A stretch of 30,503 nt of DNA from an uncultured bacterium. GTDB taxonomy: Bacteria; SAR324; NAC60-12. The position numbers and the translations under genes were made by a program. This document shows positions 18,925 through 28,540 of the stretch, one piece after another. Below the pieces are notes generated by a model. The model did not search any database. It saw only the letters and a list, made by a program, of their open reading frames with translations, and was not told the origin of the DNA. Position 1 is the first letter of the stretch. Each line of letters begins with the position of its first letter. The DNA lies in assembly GCA_965662845.1 (NCBI GenBank), contig CBFIJD010000021.1, positions 20,187-50,689 of the forward strand, written 5' to 3'.

Positions 18925-19103
18925 TTGAACATTTCTTCACTTGCCCTTACTGCTGGGAGACGATCTCCATGTTGCTTGACTCTTCGGTTGCGCAACAGGA
19001 ATACGTTGAAGACTGTGAGGTCTGTTGTCACCCCATCCAATTACACTGTGCTTTTGACACACGCAGCACTCTGCTTGAGTTTTCTGCCACTTCAATGAGT
19101 TGA
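18921..19103 (+). CDS. CPXCG-motif cysteine-rich small protein
   Basis: CPYC and EDCEVCC.PI motifs; TTG start overlaps the upstream TGA; GAGGA RBS. Confidence 0.88.
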   Translation: MIEHFFTCPYCWETISMLLDSSVAQQEYVEDCEVCCHPIQLHCAFDTRSTLLEFSATSMS

Positions 19104-19106
19104 GCC

Positions 19107-19367
19107 ATGCACCGACTGTGGGCCATTCTTTATCTGCTGTTCCAAAACAATTATGTCCGCTTCGGCGCCTTGCTCGGCATCGCTGCGGGTTACTGGGGCC
19201 ACACCTACCTCCCCGGAGGAGACGAAGTGGTCACCCCGATCGTCGGCGCCTTTCTCGGATGGGGCCTAGGGGTCTACTGGAGTGAGATTCATCCGTCGCT
19301 ACAGCGACCACAAGCGCCTCGGCGTCCCAAATTTCAGGTGCACCAAGGTGGGAAACGTCGCTCCTAA
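19107..19367 (+). CDS. Small membrane protein, hypothetical
   Basis: Two Gly-rich hydrophobic segments and a basic tail; tight operonic spacing. Confidence 0.7.
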   Translation: MHRLWAILYLLFQNNYVRFGALLGIAAGYWGHTYLPGGDEVVTPIVGAFLGWGLGVYWSEIHPSLQRPQAPRRPKFQVHQGGKRRS

Positions 19368-19397
19368 GCACAGAGATGTCTGGCAAGGCTCGCGCTT

Positions 19398-20261
19398 GTG
19401 ACAGAGTCAGGTCTCGGAAAATACATTGCGCCCACTTCGTTGGGAGCCGCCTACGCCATGACGAGGATGGCGGTGCTTCACCTTCTCCAGCCCGAGCAAG
19501 TCGCTCAATTTGATTTTAACTTACTGTTTCTGGCCGGAGTTCTGCTCGGGTTCACGCTGCGCCCCGTCGTCAAGCCGGTCTATTGGAAGCCCAGCACGAG
19601 CTTTGCGGCCTTGTTGTGCCTGTTGCTCGGTCTTGGGCCTGTTGGAAAAGCGCTAGAAGGCATGGTGCTGGGAATGCCGTTTGATGAGGTCGCGCAAGGG
19701 CTGCTGCTCGGAGAGCTGGCCGCGGCGATCGTCCTCGCGGGCTTTGCGCCGTTCTTACTAGCGCCTGCTCAACGGCTGCTAGACTGGCCTCGGTTTGGGC
19801 GGCGCCTGCGTCAGGGGCTCTTCCGCTGGAAAAGCCTCGCTCATTTGGGAATCTGCGCGGTCGCGTATGCCGCGCTGTTCTTGTGCACCCAAGCCCTCGC
19901 GGAGGCAGAGTGGGACGTCACGCAAGGGCTCGCCGAGCTATCCAAGTTTCTGGCGCTGCCTCCCACTGCGCCAACAGAGAAAATCGGCTTGCTGCTCGCG
20001 CGCGGCTTGCTGATTACCCTCGTGTTGTTGCCGATTTGCTTCACGCTCACTCGCGAACCCTTCGAATTGTGGATTGTGCTGGGCTCGCTGCTGTTTGTTG
20101 TCGCAGAGTTCACCCCAGCGTTTGTGTACTTTCAGCAGGTTCCTCCCTCGCTACTGATTGACCAAGTCGTGGCCGGTTTCCTCCGACAAGGCCTGTTTGC
20201 TGGCTTGGTTGCAACTCTATTTCACATCACACCAATTGCTACAACTAAAGTGGCGAACTAG
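19398..20261 (+). CDS. Multi-pass membrane protein, hypothetical
   Basis: About 8 hydrophobic segments; no family recognised. Confidence 0.7.
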   Translation: MTESGLGKYIAPTSLGAAYAMTRMAVLHLLQPEQVAQFDFNLLFLAGVLLGFTLRPVVKPVYWKPSTSFAALLCLLLGLGPVGKALEGMVLGMPFDEVAQGLLLGELAAAIVLAGFAPFLLAPAQRLLDWPRFGRRLRQGLFRWKSLAHLGICAVAYAALFLCTQALAEAEWDVTQGLAELSKFLALPPTAPTEKIGLLLARGLLITLVLLPICFTLTREPFELWIVLGSLLFVVAEFTPAFVYFQQVPPSLLIDQVVAGFLRQGLFAGLVATLFHITPIATTKVAN

Positions 20262-20264
20262 GCC

Positions 20265-20292
20265 TTGCAAAGGCTTTCGACGCTGCTATACT
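20265..20292 (+). promoter_or_regulatory. Putative sigma70 promoter for era
   Basis: TTGCAA, 16 nt spacer, TATACT, with extended -10 TG. Confidence 0.6.
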
Positions 20293-20344
20293 TTGCCGCT
20301 TTGTCACAATTTTGCGACAGAATGTCCCTAAGGAACCCTGTTTC

Positions 20345-21277
20345 ATGACCACCTCCCCCATCGAAATGGCACCATCTGCTCCCGCTGCGACAAAAGCTGG
20401 TTTTGTTGGGCTGATTGGGCGCCCCAATGTGGGCAAGTCCACCTTGATGAACCGCTTACTCGGCCGCAAACTCGCGATCACGGCGAACAAGCCTCAGACC
20501 ACTCGCAACCGACTCCTCGGCATCCGCACAGAAGGCCACGAACAAGTCATATTTATCGACACGCCGGGCATCCACGAGTCAGACAAGATCATGAATCGTA
20601 AGATGGTAGGCTACGCGGTAGAGACCTTGCGAGAGACAGACTTGAACCTGATGTTGGTGGAACCGCTACGTGAGAATCAGCATGAGCTGTCTGACGGCGA
20701 CCGCTTGGTCTTAGCGCACCTACAGGATCGCACCTCTGAGACGATCCTCGCGGTCAATAAGGTCGACGGCCTCGCGCACGACTCGGTTTTACGCACCTTA
20801 GATCTGTATCGTCAGGCGGCCAACTTTGCAGAACTCCTCCCGATCTCTGCGCTCAAAGGTTTGAATTTAGAGACGCTCTGGGAGCTGTTGCGCACGCGCT
20901 TGCCCACAAACCCGTTCTTTTTCGAGAGCGATCAGCTCACCGACGCATCGGAGCGATTCCTCGCAGGCGAGCTTGTGCGCGAACAACTGTTTCGTCACTT
21001 ACAACAAGAACTCCCATACTCCGTCGCTGTGCAGGTTGACTCCTTCAAAGACACCCCCAAATGCATTCGCATTGAGTGCACTGTGGTGGTCGAGCGTGAC
21101 TCACAAAAGGGAATTTTGATCGGCAAGCAAGGCGGGATGCTCAAAAAAATTGGGACTGCTGCGCGCCAGCGAATCGAAGCGCTCTTGGGCCAGCAAGTCT
21201 ACCTTGGCCTGCAAGTGCGAGTTCTCAAGCAGTGGAGTCGCAACGAACAGCACCTGCACACCTTCGGGCTGGAGTAA
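20345..21277 (+). CDS. era: GTPase Era
   Basis: GRPNVGKST, PQTTR, DTPG, NKVD, ISA, ELPYS, and KH domain (SQKGILIGKQG). Confidence 0.98.
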   Translation: MTTSPIEMAPSAPAATKAGFVGLIGRPNVGKSTLMNRLLGRKLAITANKPQTTRNRLLGIRTEGHEQVIFIDTPGIHESDKIMNRKMVGYAVETLRETDLNLMLVEPLRENQHELSDGDRLVLAHLQDRTSETILAVNKVDGLAHDSVLRTLDLYRQAANFAELLPISALKGLNLETLWELLRTRLPTNPFFFESDQLTDASERFLAGELVREQLFRHLQQELPYSVAVQVDSFKDTPKCIRIECTVVVERDSQKGILIGKQGGMLKKIGTAARQRIEALLGQQVYLGLQVRVLKQWSRNEQHLHTFGLE

Positions 21278-21332
21278 CATGCGGACGTCACTCGGCTCCT
21301 CTCCCGAAATCTCTCCGTCGGAAAGAAACCCT

Positions 21333-22664
21333 ATGAAAATTTTCCTCATCAGCCTTCTGTTGGGCGGCGTCGCCGTCTTCGGAGCTTCACAAGTCTCTTT
21401 GGAACTTGCCGCAGGGATCGCCGTTCTCACCGTCAGCCTCTTATTGATGCAGTGGATTTTGCGGCGCAACACGGAAGTTGTGGCCCAAGGCCGGACCTCA
21501 GCTGCCGCAGCTCGCCATACGCCCAAGCCGCCGCAGGAGCCCAGCAGTGCCGGGATCAGCGGCATTGACAGCGATGTCTTTGCCCGTTTTCGTGAGAACC
21601 TCCAACTTCAAGAGCAACCGTCCGCGCCCTCGGCGCCCGTCGCGGCAGCACCGGCAGACGCGGAGGCGCTCCCCGAAAACTCTGATGTCGTGCGTCTTAG
21701 CTCGCACCCGCAAGCCCCCGAGAGTCCACCTGCCTTCAATACTCTCCTTGAGCAAGCTGAGCACACACCCTCACCTGCGCCAAGCGGCGAGAAAGTCACG
21801 CTGCGTTCGTCCAAGACCACACGGAGCGCAGGACAAACCTTCAAGCGAGCCGCGCGCAGTGAGTCGGTCTACGCTCTTCCCAAGCTGCGCCAACCGGAAA
21901 TGCAGCGCCTGCAACAAACCCTTCCAGACAACACCGAAGAGCTGTTCGCCGATGCTTATATCCCGCTTGAGCCGGCCAACAATCCCTCTGTGAGCACAGA
22001 CTATGACTATGAGGAAGGGCTCAGCCAGACGCTCGGCCACCACGACTCCTCAGAGGACAACCAAGCGGAGGCAGAGGCGCTGCTCCAAATGGCTCAAGCG
22101 TTCGCCAAGCAGCACAACTGGAACGAAACCAAGCTCAGTCTCGACAATCACATGGCTTTGCTCAAAGACCTACAACAGTCGGCGAGCCCAGAAGCCCTGC
22201 AACTCTATGTGCAAGCCCACTTGCAGCTGGGCGACGTACAGCAAGCCGCGCGTCATTTCGAAGGCGTCCGCCAGTCGACCAATGGGTTGGATAGCGCCTT
22301 CATGGCAGACCTAACAACTCGCCTCTTGGAAGGGCTGGAGCAAGCGCAAGCGTATGAACGCATGGTGCCTTTGCTGCAGGACTTGCTGAACTATCACCGG
22401 CAAGAGCTGAATCGTGATGAGATGGATCGACTGTATGGCAAGCTCACCAAGGCGCTGGAAGTGATGGGAGACGAAGACCGTCTCTTGCGCACTTGTCAGA
22501 GTCACTTGGAGATCAAGCGCGGTCTGAACGACCAAAGTGGGGAAGAGCAGCTGCTCAAGAAATTGGGGCGTCTCCACCACCGACGCGGAGAAAAAGATCT
22601 CTCGCGTCAATATTATGAGGAGACGTTGCGCTTGCGGGGAAACGTGGAGCGGGCGGCTTACTGA
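21333..22664 (+). CDS. Membrane-anchored protein with Pro/Ala-rich linker and C-terminal TPR-like helices
   Basis: N-terminal hydrophobic pair, long low-complexity linker, 'LG.LH..RG....S..YYE' TPR-like end. ATG 21333 avoids overlap with era. Confidence 0.72.
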   Translation: MKIFLISLLLGGVAVFGASQVSLELAAGIAVLTVSLLLMQWILRRNTEVVAQGRTSAAAARHTPKPPQEPSSAGISGIDSDVFARFRENLQLQEQPSAPSAPVAAAPADAEALPENSDVVRLSSHPQAPESPPAFNTLLEQAEHTPSPAPSGEKVTLRSSKTTRSAGQTFKRAARSESVYALPKLRQPEMQRLQQTLPDNTEELFADAYIPLEPANNPSVSTDYDYEEGLSQTLGHHDSSEDNQAEAEALLQMAQAFAKQHNWNETKLSLDNHMALLKDLQQSASPEALQLYVQAHLQLGDVQQAARHFEGVRQSTNGLDSAFMADLTTRLLEGLEQAQAYERMVPLLQDLLNYHRQELNRDEMDRLYGKLTKALEVMGDEDRLLRTCQSHLEIKRGLNDQSGEEQLLKKLGRLHHRRGEKDLSRQYYEETLRLRGNVERAAY

Positions 22665-22668
22665 AAGA

Positions 22669-23055
22669 TCAGTAGGTGCAGCCCGTAGGTGTCACACCTC
22701 TCAGCTCTTGTCCATGGTTCACGGCCTCGAACTGAAGCTCTGCCAGCAACCGGCATCCACGAGTGCGGCGTTCACGCGCCACGTAGTATTCGTTGATGCG
22801 TGGCGAGGTGTCTGATTCCAAGCTAGCGAAAGCGTTGATCGCGTTGACCGTATAACTTTCTGCCAAGAGCAAATAGCGGGGCTGTCGTTCACGGCGCCAG
22901 CTATTGAAATAGTTGATGCTCCAACCCAGCTGTTGGTCGCCTTGCTGCAACCGATTGCTGAAGGACGCGAAGGGGAAGCGCTCATTGCTGCTGCTGCAAC
23001 CAATCAGCCCCAACAGCGCAAGCCCAACGGCCCCAGCGCGGAGATGATGCGGCAT
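22669..23055 (-). CDS. Hypothetical lipoprotein
   Basis: Lipobox LIGC, AGGAG RBS, two further Cys residues. Confidence 0.75.
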   Translation of the reverse strand: MPHHLRAGAVGLALLGLIGCSSSNERFPFASFSNRLQQGDQQLGWSINYFNSWRRERQPRYLLLAESYTVNAINAFASLESDTSPRINEYYVARERRTRGCRLLAELQFEAVNHGQELRGVTPTGCTY

Positions 23056-23130
23056 GAATCCTCCTAAAATTCATAAGTTTCTTTCCACATCGGCGCTCCT
23101 CTCCAAAACTTTAGCGATAATTTTCCTGCC

Positions 23131-23952
23131 ATGGAGATCCCTCTTTCGATCGAAACCCGTCTGCACGACCTCGCTGAGGGCATCGCTTTCCTCCAACAGC
23201 CCGCGGAACCCACCGCAGAGCAGTGGAGACGCAGCAAGATCATCGCGCATCGTGGTCTGCATGCGCATCCCCGCATTTGGGAGAACACGCTCTCCGCGTT
23301 TGAGCCGGTGCTGTCGTACGATTTCATTGATGGCCTTGAGTTCGACGTGCGCTGGACTCGTGATGTGCAACCGGTTGTGTTTCACGACGCGACGACGCAG
23401 CGGATTTTTGGTCGCCCAGACCGGATTGCGGAGCTGACGCTCGCGGAAGTTCAACAGCAGTTTCCGCTTATTCCTACGCTCGCCGAGGTCATCGCACGTT
23501 TTGGAGGACGCAAGCACTTGATGATCGAACTGAAAGAGGAGCGCTACCCCGATCCACCTGCCCAAGCGCGACACCTGCAGACGTTGCTGGCCCACCTAGA
23601 GCCGACCCAAGATTTTCACTTTTTGTTGCTCCGTCCTGAGACCTATGACAAGGTGAGCGTTTTTCCGCGTGAGTCCGTGATGTTAGTGGGCGCTTTCAAT
23701 GTGCCAGACATCAGCGAGATCACGTTACAACAAGGTTTCGGCGGTATTGGCGCCCAATACTTGTTGCTCTCGCGAGAACGCGTACAGCGACACTTGGAGA
23801 GAGGACAGGTGGTCGGCACCGGCTATCCAGCGCACCGTTCTGCGTTATTTCGCGAGTTGAGCCGAGGCGTTGAGTGGATCTTCTCGAACCGAGCCGCCGA
23901 TCTCGCGCTCATCAAACAACAAGAACAACTTCGACTCGCACACCATCTCTGA
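23131..23952 (+). CDS. Glycerophosphodiester phosphodiesterase family protein
   Basis: IIAHRG, ENT, EFDV, VFHD, IPTL, IELK. Confidence 0.92.
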   Translation: MEIPLSIETRLHDLAEGIAFLQQPAEPTAEQWRRSKIIAHRGLHAHPRIWENTLSAFEPVLSYDFIDGLEFDVRWTRDVQPVVFHDATTQRIFGRPDRIAELTLAEVQQQFPLIPTLAEVIARFGGRKHLMIELKEERYPDPPAQARHLQTLLAHLEPTQDFHFLLLRPETYDKVSVFPRESVMLVGAFNVPDISEITLQQGFGGIGAQYLLLSRERVQRHLERGQVVGTGYPAHRSALFRELSRGVEWIFSNRAADLALIKQQEQLRLAHHL

Positions 23953-23964
23953 GGCCCACCCCCT

Positions 23965-24234
23965 ATGTCTGCGAATAAAGACGAACTGAATCTTGACAAA
24001 TTACGCCGAGAGGTCGACGAATTAACAGGCAAGAGCGACAAGGCGTCCGGCACCGTCGAACGGTTGGAGCCCGAAAAGCCCGAAGAGAAGAAGTCCGACA
24101 AGTTGATGTACGTCCTCGTTGGCGCGGCGGTCATTCTTGTCGGAGGAAAGCTGCTGTTCTCGCTGATGAATTTTCTGGTGCTCGCGATCTTGGTTGGCGC
24201 TGGCGCGTGGTGGTGGTTTTTCAAGAAAAAGTGA
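23965..24234 (+). CDS. Small membrane protein upstream of atp genes
   Basis: Charged N-terminus and hydrophobic C-terminal hairpin ending WWWFFKKK; GAGG RBS. Confidence 0.7.
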   Translation: MSANKDELNLDKLRREVDELTGKSDKASGTVERLEPEKPEEKKSDKLMYVLVGAAVILVGGKLLFSLMNFLVLAILVGAGAWWWFFKKK

Positions 24235-24273
24235 GCTTCGGCGTCTTCTCTCCGTCTCCGTCTCTGGAATCCT

Positions 24274-24516
24274 ATGAAATTGAACCCTCGCTGGATGATG
24301 TTCAGCTCAATGGGCCTGGAACTCGGCCTCTCTGTGATTGTCGGGCTCGTGCTGGGCAGCGCTCTGGATCGCTTCTTTGGCACTGAGCCATGGATGTTGA
24401 TCGTCTTCTCCATCAGCGGCATCGCCGCCGGCTACCGCAGCGTCTATCGTTTGCTGAAGCGCTTGCAACGCGAAGACTCCGACCTTCCTACTAACTCTTC
24501 TGAACCAAGTTCTTGA
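24274..24516 (+). CDS. AtpZ/AtpI-family (ATPase gene 1) protein
   Basis: SSMG...G..LD..FGTEPW....G..AG pattern; first gene of the F0 cluster. Confidence 0.88.
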   Translation: MKLNPRWMMFSSMGLELGLSVIVGLVLGSALDRFFGTEPWMLIVFSISGIAAGYRSVYRLLKRLQREDSDLPTNSSEPSS

Positions 24517-24939
24517 ATGCTCCCTGAATCCTTCCCTAAAGTCACTTCCGAGTCCTTGCAGCTGGGCCAACAACGCGCAGACGAACTCACTCGAATTTTA
24601 GTGTTCGTTAGTTTTGGCTTGACAACGATTTCTCTTTTCAACGGTCTTGACTTTCTTTTTGCAACCTTGCTAGGTTGCGCCGTCGTTGGATTGAACTATC
24701 ACTGGACGGCGCGTTTCGTACTGAATTTATTGGAAGAACAAAAAGTTCGACCTTTATACTTGGCGATTTACGCCACGAAGTTTGTCGTCTCAATGATTGT
24801 TCTTTATCTCGCTCTGAATGATTTTGGAGCTGATCCTGTCGGTCTGTTGATCGGTCTTTCCAACATCTTGCTAGCGGTTTTGATTTACGCTGGCACACGT
24901 CGTACCCGACCTTCCGATTCCCCGGACGTCCTTCCATAA
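24517..24939 (+). CDS. atpI: ATP synthase protein I
   Basis: Four hydrophobic segments (G....N; KF; GL.IG), located before atpB. Confidence 0.8.
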   Translation: MLPESFPKVTSESLQLGQQRADELTRILVFVSFGLTTISLFNGLDFLFATLLGCAVVGLNYHWTARFVLNLLEEQKVRPLYLAIYATKFVVSMIVLYLALNDFGADPVGLLIGLSNILLAVLIYAGTRRTRPSDSPDVLP

Positions 24940-24948
24940 GGAATTTCC

Positions 24949-25731
24949 ATGATGCGAAAACTGAGTCTGACGGGGCTGTTGCTGTTGTCCCTGAGCGCGC
25001 CAGTGTTTGCCGCTGGAGGAGGCTTTACGTGGTCTCACTTCTTGTTAGGAGGCCTTGAAGCGCCTTTGGCTTCCATTGGTGTCGATCCGCTGCCGATTTT
25101 AGACATGCTGATCGTCGCGGTGATTTTGATCGCGGTCGCTTGGTTTCTTGGGAGACCCTTCCGCAACGCAGAGATGGTTGAGCCCTCTGGGCGCGCAGAC
25201 GCTGCACACTTTGCAGTGGTGGTCGTGCAGGGGCTCCTCAATTTCTTGAGCGGCATCATCCGTCACGGCGTTGGCGCCAAGCCGCTGTTGCCCCTGTTAG
25301 GGACCTATGGTCTGTTCATTCTGTTCTTAAACCTCGCTGGTCTGGTGCCTGGGTTCAACCCGCCCACCGATCAGTTCAACGTCACGTTTGCCTTTGCGAT
25401 CGTGATTTTTGTGGTCACCCACATTTTGGGAATCCGTCAGCATGGCGGAGCGTACATCAAGCAGTTCCTTGGGCCGATGCCGATTTTGGCGCCGCTGATG
25501 CTCCCGATTGAACTCATCAGCCACCTTGTGCGGCCGATGTCCCTCGCGATTCGTCTGTTTGGAAACATGACCGGTGACCACAAAGTGGTGCTGATCTTCA
25601 CTTCCATCCTGGCGGTCGGTCTTCCAATTCCGTTTATGGGATTGGGTATCCTCATTTGTGTGTTGCAGGCCTTCGTCTTTGTGTTGTTGTCTGCAATTTA
25701 CTTTGAAGGCGCCCTGAGTGAACACCACTGA
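24949..25731 (+). CDS. atpB: F0F1 ATP synthase subunit a
   Basis: NL.GLVPG..PPT, IE.IS...RP.SL.IRLFGN (essential Arg), LQAFVF..L; AAGGA RBS. Confidence 0.97.
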   Translation: MMRKLSLTGLLLLSLSAPVFAAGGGFTWSHFLLGGLEAPLASIGVDPLPILDMLIVAVILIAVAWFLGRPFRNAEMVEPSGRADAAHFAVVVVQGLLNFLSGIIRHGVGAKPLLPLLGTYGLFILFLNLAGLVPGFNPPTDQFNVTFAFAIVIFVVTHILGIRQHGGAYIKQFLGPMPILAPLMLPIELISHLVRPMSLAIRLFGNMTGDHKVVLIFTSILAVGLPIPFMGLGILICVLQAFVFVLLSAIYFEGALSEHH

Positions 25732-25780
25732 GCCCTTCGTTCCGTTTTATCTCTCTGTCTTTCTCCGAAAGGAACTTCTC

Positions 25781-26080
25781 ATGTCAAAGAAACTGACCAT
25801 GCTGCTGTTGGTGATGATCGCCGCAGCTCCTCTTTACGCTGCTCAAGGTGAGCTGGCGACTTTTGGAATCGCGCTGGCTGCCGGTATCGCAATCTCCATT
25901 GCGGCACTGGGGGGTGCGTTAGGGCAAGGTATGGCAATGCGCAGCGCGCTAGAAGGGATCGCTCGCAATCCGAACGCTTCGGACAAGATCTTCACGCCGA
26001 TGATCATTGGCTTGGCTCTGATCGAATCCCTCGTGATCTACGCCCTCGTGATCGCGTTTATTCTGCAAGGGAAGATCTAA
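25781..26080 (+). CDS. atpE: F0F1 ATP synthase subunit c
   Basis: GGALGQG, ARNP loop, [18 protein letters not shown] before ATG 25781. Confidence 0.97.
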   Translation: MSKKLTMLLLVMIAAAPLYAAQGELATFGIALAAGIAISIAALGGALGQGMAMRSALEGIARNPNASDKIFTPMIIGLALIESLVIYALVIAFILQGKI

Positions 26081-26091
26081 GCTTCTCTCTG

Positions 26092-26117
26092 GCGCGGTTC
26101 TTTGCTCAGAGCCGCGC
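26092..26117 (+). terminator. Hairpin closing the atp F0 cluster
   Basis: GCGCGGTTCT-TTGCTC-AGAGCCGCGC 10-bp stem; no U-tract. Confidence 0.5.
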
Positions 26118-26157
26118 TCCTCGCCTGCCTCTCCCCAACTCTTTTCCTGAACAAACT

Positions 26158-26448
26158 ATGAACGAAGCCATGTGGGCCCCGTACGCGATGATCGCCGCAG
26201 GTTCCTTGATGGGGCTCTTCGCGACGTTCCGCATTCTCATGCAGAGCATCCGGCTCTTGTTTTGGGTTGTCCTCCTCGTCGGGGGCGTCGCTGCGGCTAG
26301 CTTAGGAACCGAGTCGCTAGGAGACACGTCGCCCTTAGAGAACATCCTCCCCTTCGATTCGCTCCCACAAAACGAACTCACCGACCACCTCCGCGAACTC
26401 CCCCAAGAAGCCCGTGGCCAACTCCGCGCCCTCTGCGAAGAACTCTAA
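26158..26448 (+). CDS. Small membrane protein, hypothetical
   Basis: Two hydrophobic segments and an acidic tail; fills the intergenic gap. Confidence 0.65.
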   Translation: MNEAMWAPYAMIAAGSLMGLFATFRILMQSIRLLFWVVLLVGGVAAASLGTESLGDTSPLENILPFDSLPQNELTDHLRELPQEARGQLRALCEEL

Positions 26449-27349
26449 CCATTCGCTCCACTCTCGTTTTGCCCCAACACCTAGCGGTTGGCTGCACCTT
26501 GGCAACGCCTACAACTTCTTGCTGACGTGGCTCTGGACTCGACACTTGCAGGGACACCTCCATCTGCGTATCGACGATGTAGACCAATCTCGCGTACGTC
26601 GCTCTTATGTAGAGGACGTTTTTCGCCAACTCGCGTGGCTAGGGCTCCACTGGGACTCGGGCCCACAATCACCGGATGAATTGCAACAGCAGTGGTCCCA
26701 AACTTTGCGTCTCCAGCGCTATCGTGGAGTTTTGCAACAATTACGAGACGCGGGGCACCTGTACTTTTGCTCTTGTTCTCGCAAGCAAGTCGAAGCCAAC
26801 GCAACCGCCCAAGGGCTCTATGCGGGAACTTGTCGCAACCACCCTCCGAAAGCGTCTGCGCACGGTGCTTGGCGACTGCGGCTCCCCACCACCGCAGTGG
26901 TCGCGCTTGCGGATGCTTCCAGCCGTCACCACAGCGTTGACCTGAACGCGGAGTTAGGAGACTTCATTGTCTGGCGTCGCGATCAAGTGCCGGCGTATCA
27001 ACTGGCCTCGTGTGTTGATGACCTCGACCTCGCGATCAACTTTTGGGTGCGTGGCGAAGACTTGCGCGTCTCTAGCGCAGCGCAACTTTGGCTCCGCAGA
27101 CTGATAACAGATGAGGTCGCTCCCCTGTCGTTTTTGCACCATCCTCTGCTCACGCGGGAGGGAGGGGCTAAGCTCTCTAAGTCGGAGGCCGATGTCTCGC
27201 TCGCTAGTTTGCGGGAACAGGGCTTGCGTCTTGATGAGGTCTATTCTGCGTTCGCCGCTTGGTGGGGTCTGCCACACGCAAAGGAAATTGCTTCGCTCTC
27301 AGAGCTGCAACACGCCTTCTCCACACACCACTCTTCGGAGGTTTCATGA
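26414..27349 (+). CDS. gluQ: Glutamyl-Q tRNA(Asp) synthetase-like protein (GluRS catalytic domain only)
   Basis: RFAPTPSG.LHLGN, LRIDD.D, CSCSRK..Y.GTC, YQLA..VDD, RGEDL, KLSK; no anticodon-binding domain. Start uncertain. Confidence 0.85.
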   Translation: MANSAPSAKNSNHSLHSRFAPTPSGWLHLGNAYNFLLTWLWTRHLQGHLHLRIDDVDQSRVRRSYVEDVFRQLAWLGLHWDSGPQSPDELQQQWSQTLRLQRYRGVLQQLRDAGHLYFCSCSRKQVEANATAQGLYAGTCRNHPPKASAHGAWRLRLPTTAVVALADASSRHHSVDLNAELGDFIVWRRDQVPAYQLASCVDDLDLAINFWVRGEDLRVSSAAQLWLRRLITDEVAPLSFLHHPLLTREGGAKLSKSEADVSLASLREQGLRLDEVYSAFAAWWGLPHAKEIASLSELQHAFSTHHSSEVS

Positions 27350-28533
27350 CTATCGCCGCTCACATCTCTCACTCACTGGAGCGCTCGTCTTGGATTCGTC
27401 AAATGTTTGAGACGGGCACACGCTTGAAACAAGAGCATGGCACAGACAACGTCTTCGATTTTTCCTTGGGGAACCCGATGCTAGAGCCTCCCCCAGAGGT
27501 GCACCAAGCCCTGCATCAACTCTTGGACGACTCTTCGCCGGGACAGCATCGTTACATGCCAAATGGTGGCTTCCCGCACGTGCGAGAGTTTCTCGCCGAC
27601 GAGATGAAGCGGGAACACGCGGGAATGCCGTTCACCCGTGAAGATGTGGTGTGCTGCGTCGGCGCTGGAGGAGGGCTCAACGTGGTGCTCAAGGCTCTGC
27701 TGAATCCGGGCGACGAAGTCATCGCGCTCGCGCCCTACTTTGTAGAGTATGACTTTTATGTGCAGAATCACGGAGGCGTCCTCAAAGTAAGTTCGACGAC
27801 ACCGGAGAGCTTTTTGCCAGATTTACAGGCGCTGGAAGCGACGATCACCGAAAAGACGCGCGCGCTCCTCGTCAACTCACCGAACAATCCGACTGGAGTC
27901 GTCTACTCGCAGCCTGTGTTGGATGCGCTGGGACAGTGGCTCCAGAAGCAAGAGCAGCGCTTTGGGCACCCCATCTATCTGCTGGCGGATGAACCTTATC
28001 GCAAGTTGCTGTTTGATGGCGTGGCCAATGGCTCTGTCTTCTCAGCACACCCAAACTCCATTTTGGTCACGTCCCACTCCAAAGACCTCGGCCTCGCAGG
28101 AGAGCGCATCGGCTACATTGCTCTGCACCCTGACATCGCAGCGCGAACCGCTTGGCAACAAGCCCTCGTCTTCACAAATCGGGTGCTCGGATTTGTGAAC
28201 GCGCCAGCGCTCATGCAACGCGTTTTGCCTCACCTGCGCGGAGTACAGGTGGATGTTCAGCAATACGCTCGCTTGCGCGACCTCGCCTGCGAGATGCTGC
28301 GTGAGTTGGGTTTCGAGTTTGTCCGTCCCCAAGGCGCGTTTTATCTGTTTCCCAAAGCGCTAGAAGCCGACGACGTGGCCTTCGTGCGACGCGCGCAAGC
28401 GGAGCGGATCTTGCTGGTTCCTGGCTCTGGTTTTGGTGGTGCCGGACACTTTCGCTTGTCTTACTGTTGCCCCTCAGAAGTCCTAGAACGCTCCTATGAT
28501 GCTTTCGCGCGGCTAGCGCGGCACTATAGCTGA
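27346..28533 (+). CDS. PLP-dependent class I/II (aspartate-type) aminotransferase
   Basis: FSLGNP, NSPNNPTG, DEPY, SHSK (PLP Lys), GERIG, R.SY; GGAGG RBS; ATGA overlap with gluQ. Confidence 0.95.
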   Translation: MTIAAHISHSLERSSWIRQMFETGTRLKQEHGTDNVFDFSLGNPMLEPPPEVHQALHQLLDDSSPGQHRYMPNGGFPHVREFLADEMKREHAGMPFTREDVVCCVGAGGGLNVVLKALLNPGDEVIALAPYFVEYDFYVQNHGGVLKVSSTTPESFLPDLQALEATITEKTRALLVNSPNNPTGVVYSQPVLDALGQWLQKQEQRFGHPIYLLADEPYRKLLFDGVANGSVFSAHPNSILVTSHSKDLGLAGERIGYIALHPDIAARTAWQQALVFTNRVLGFVNAPALMQRVLPHLRGVQVDVQQYARLRDLACEMLRELGFEFVRPQGAFYLFPKALEADDVAFVRRAQAERILLVPGSGFGGAGHFRLSYCCPSEVLERSYDAFARLARHYS

Positions 28534-28540
28534 GACCAAT

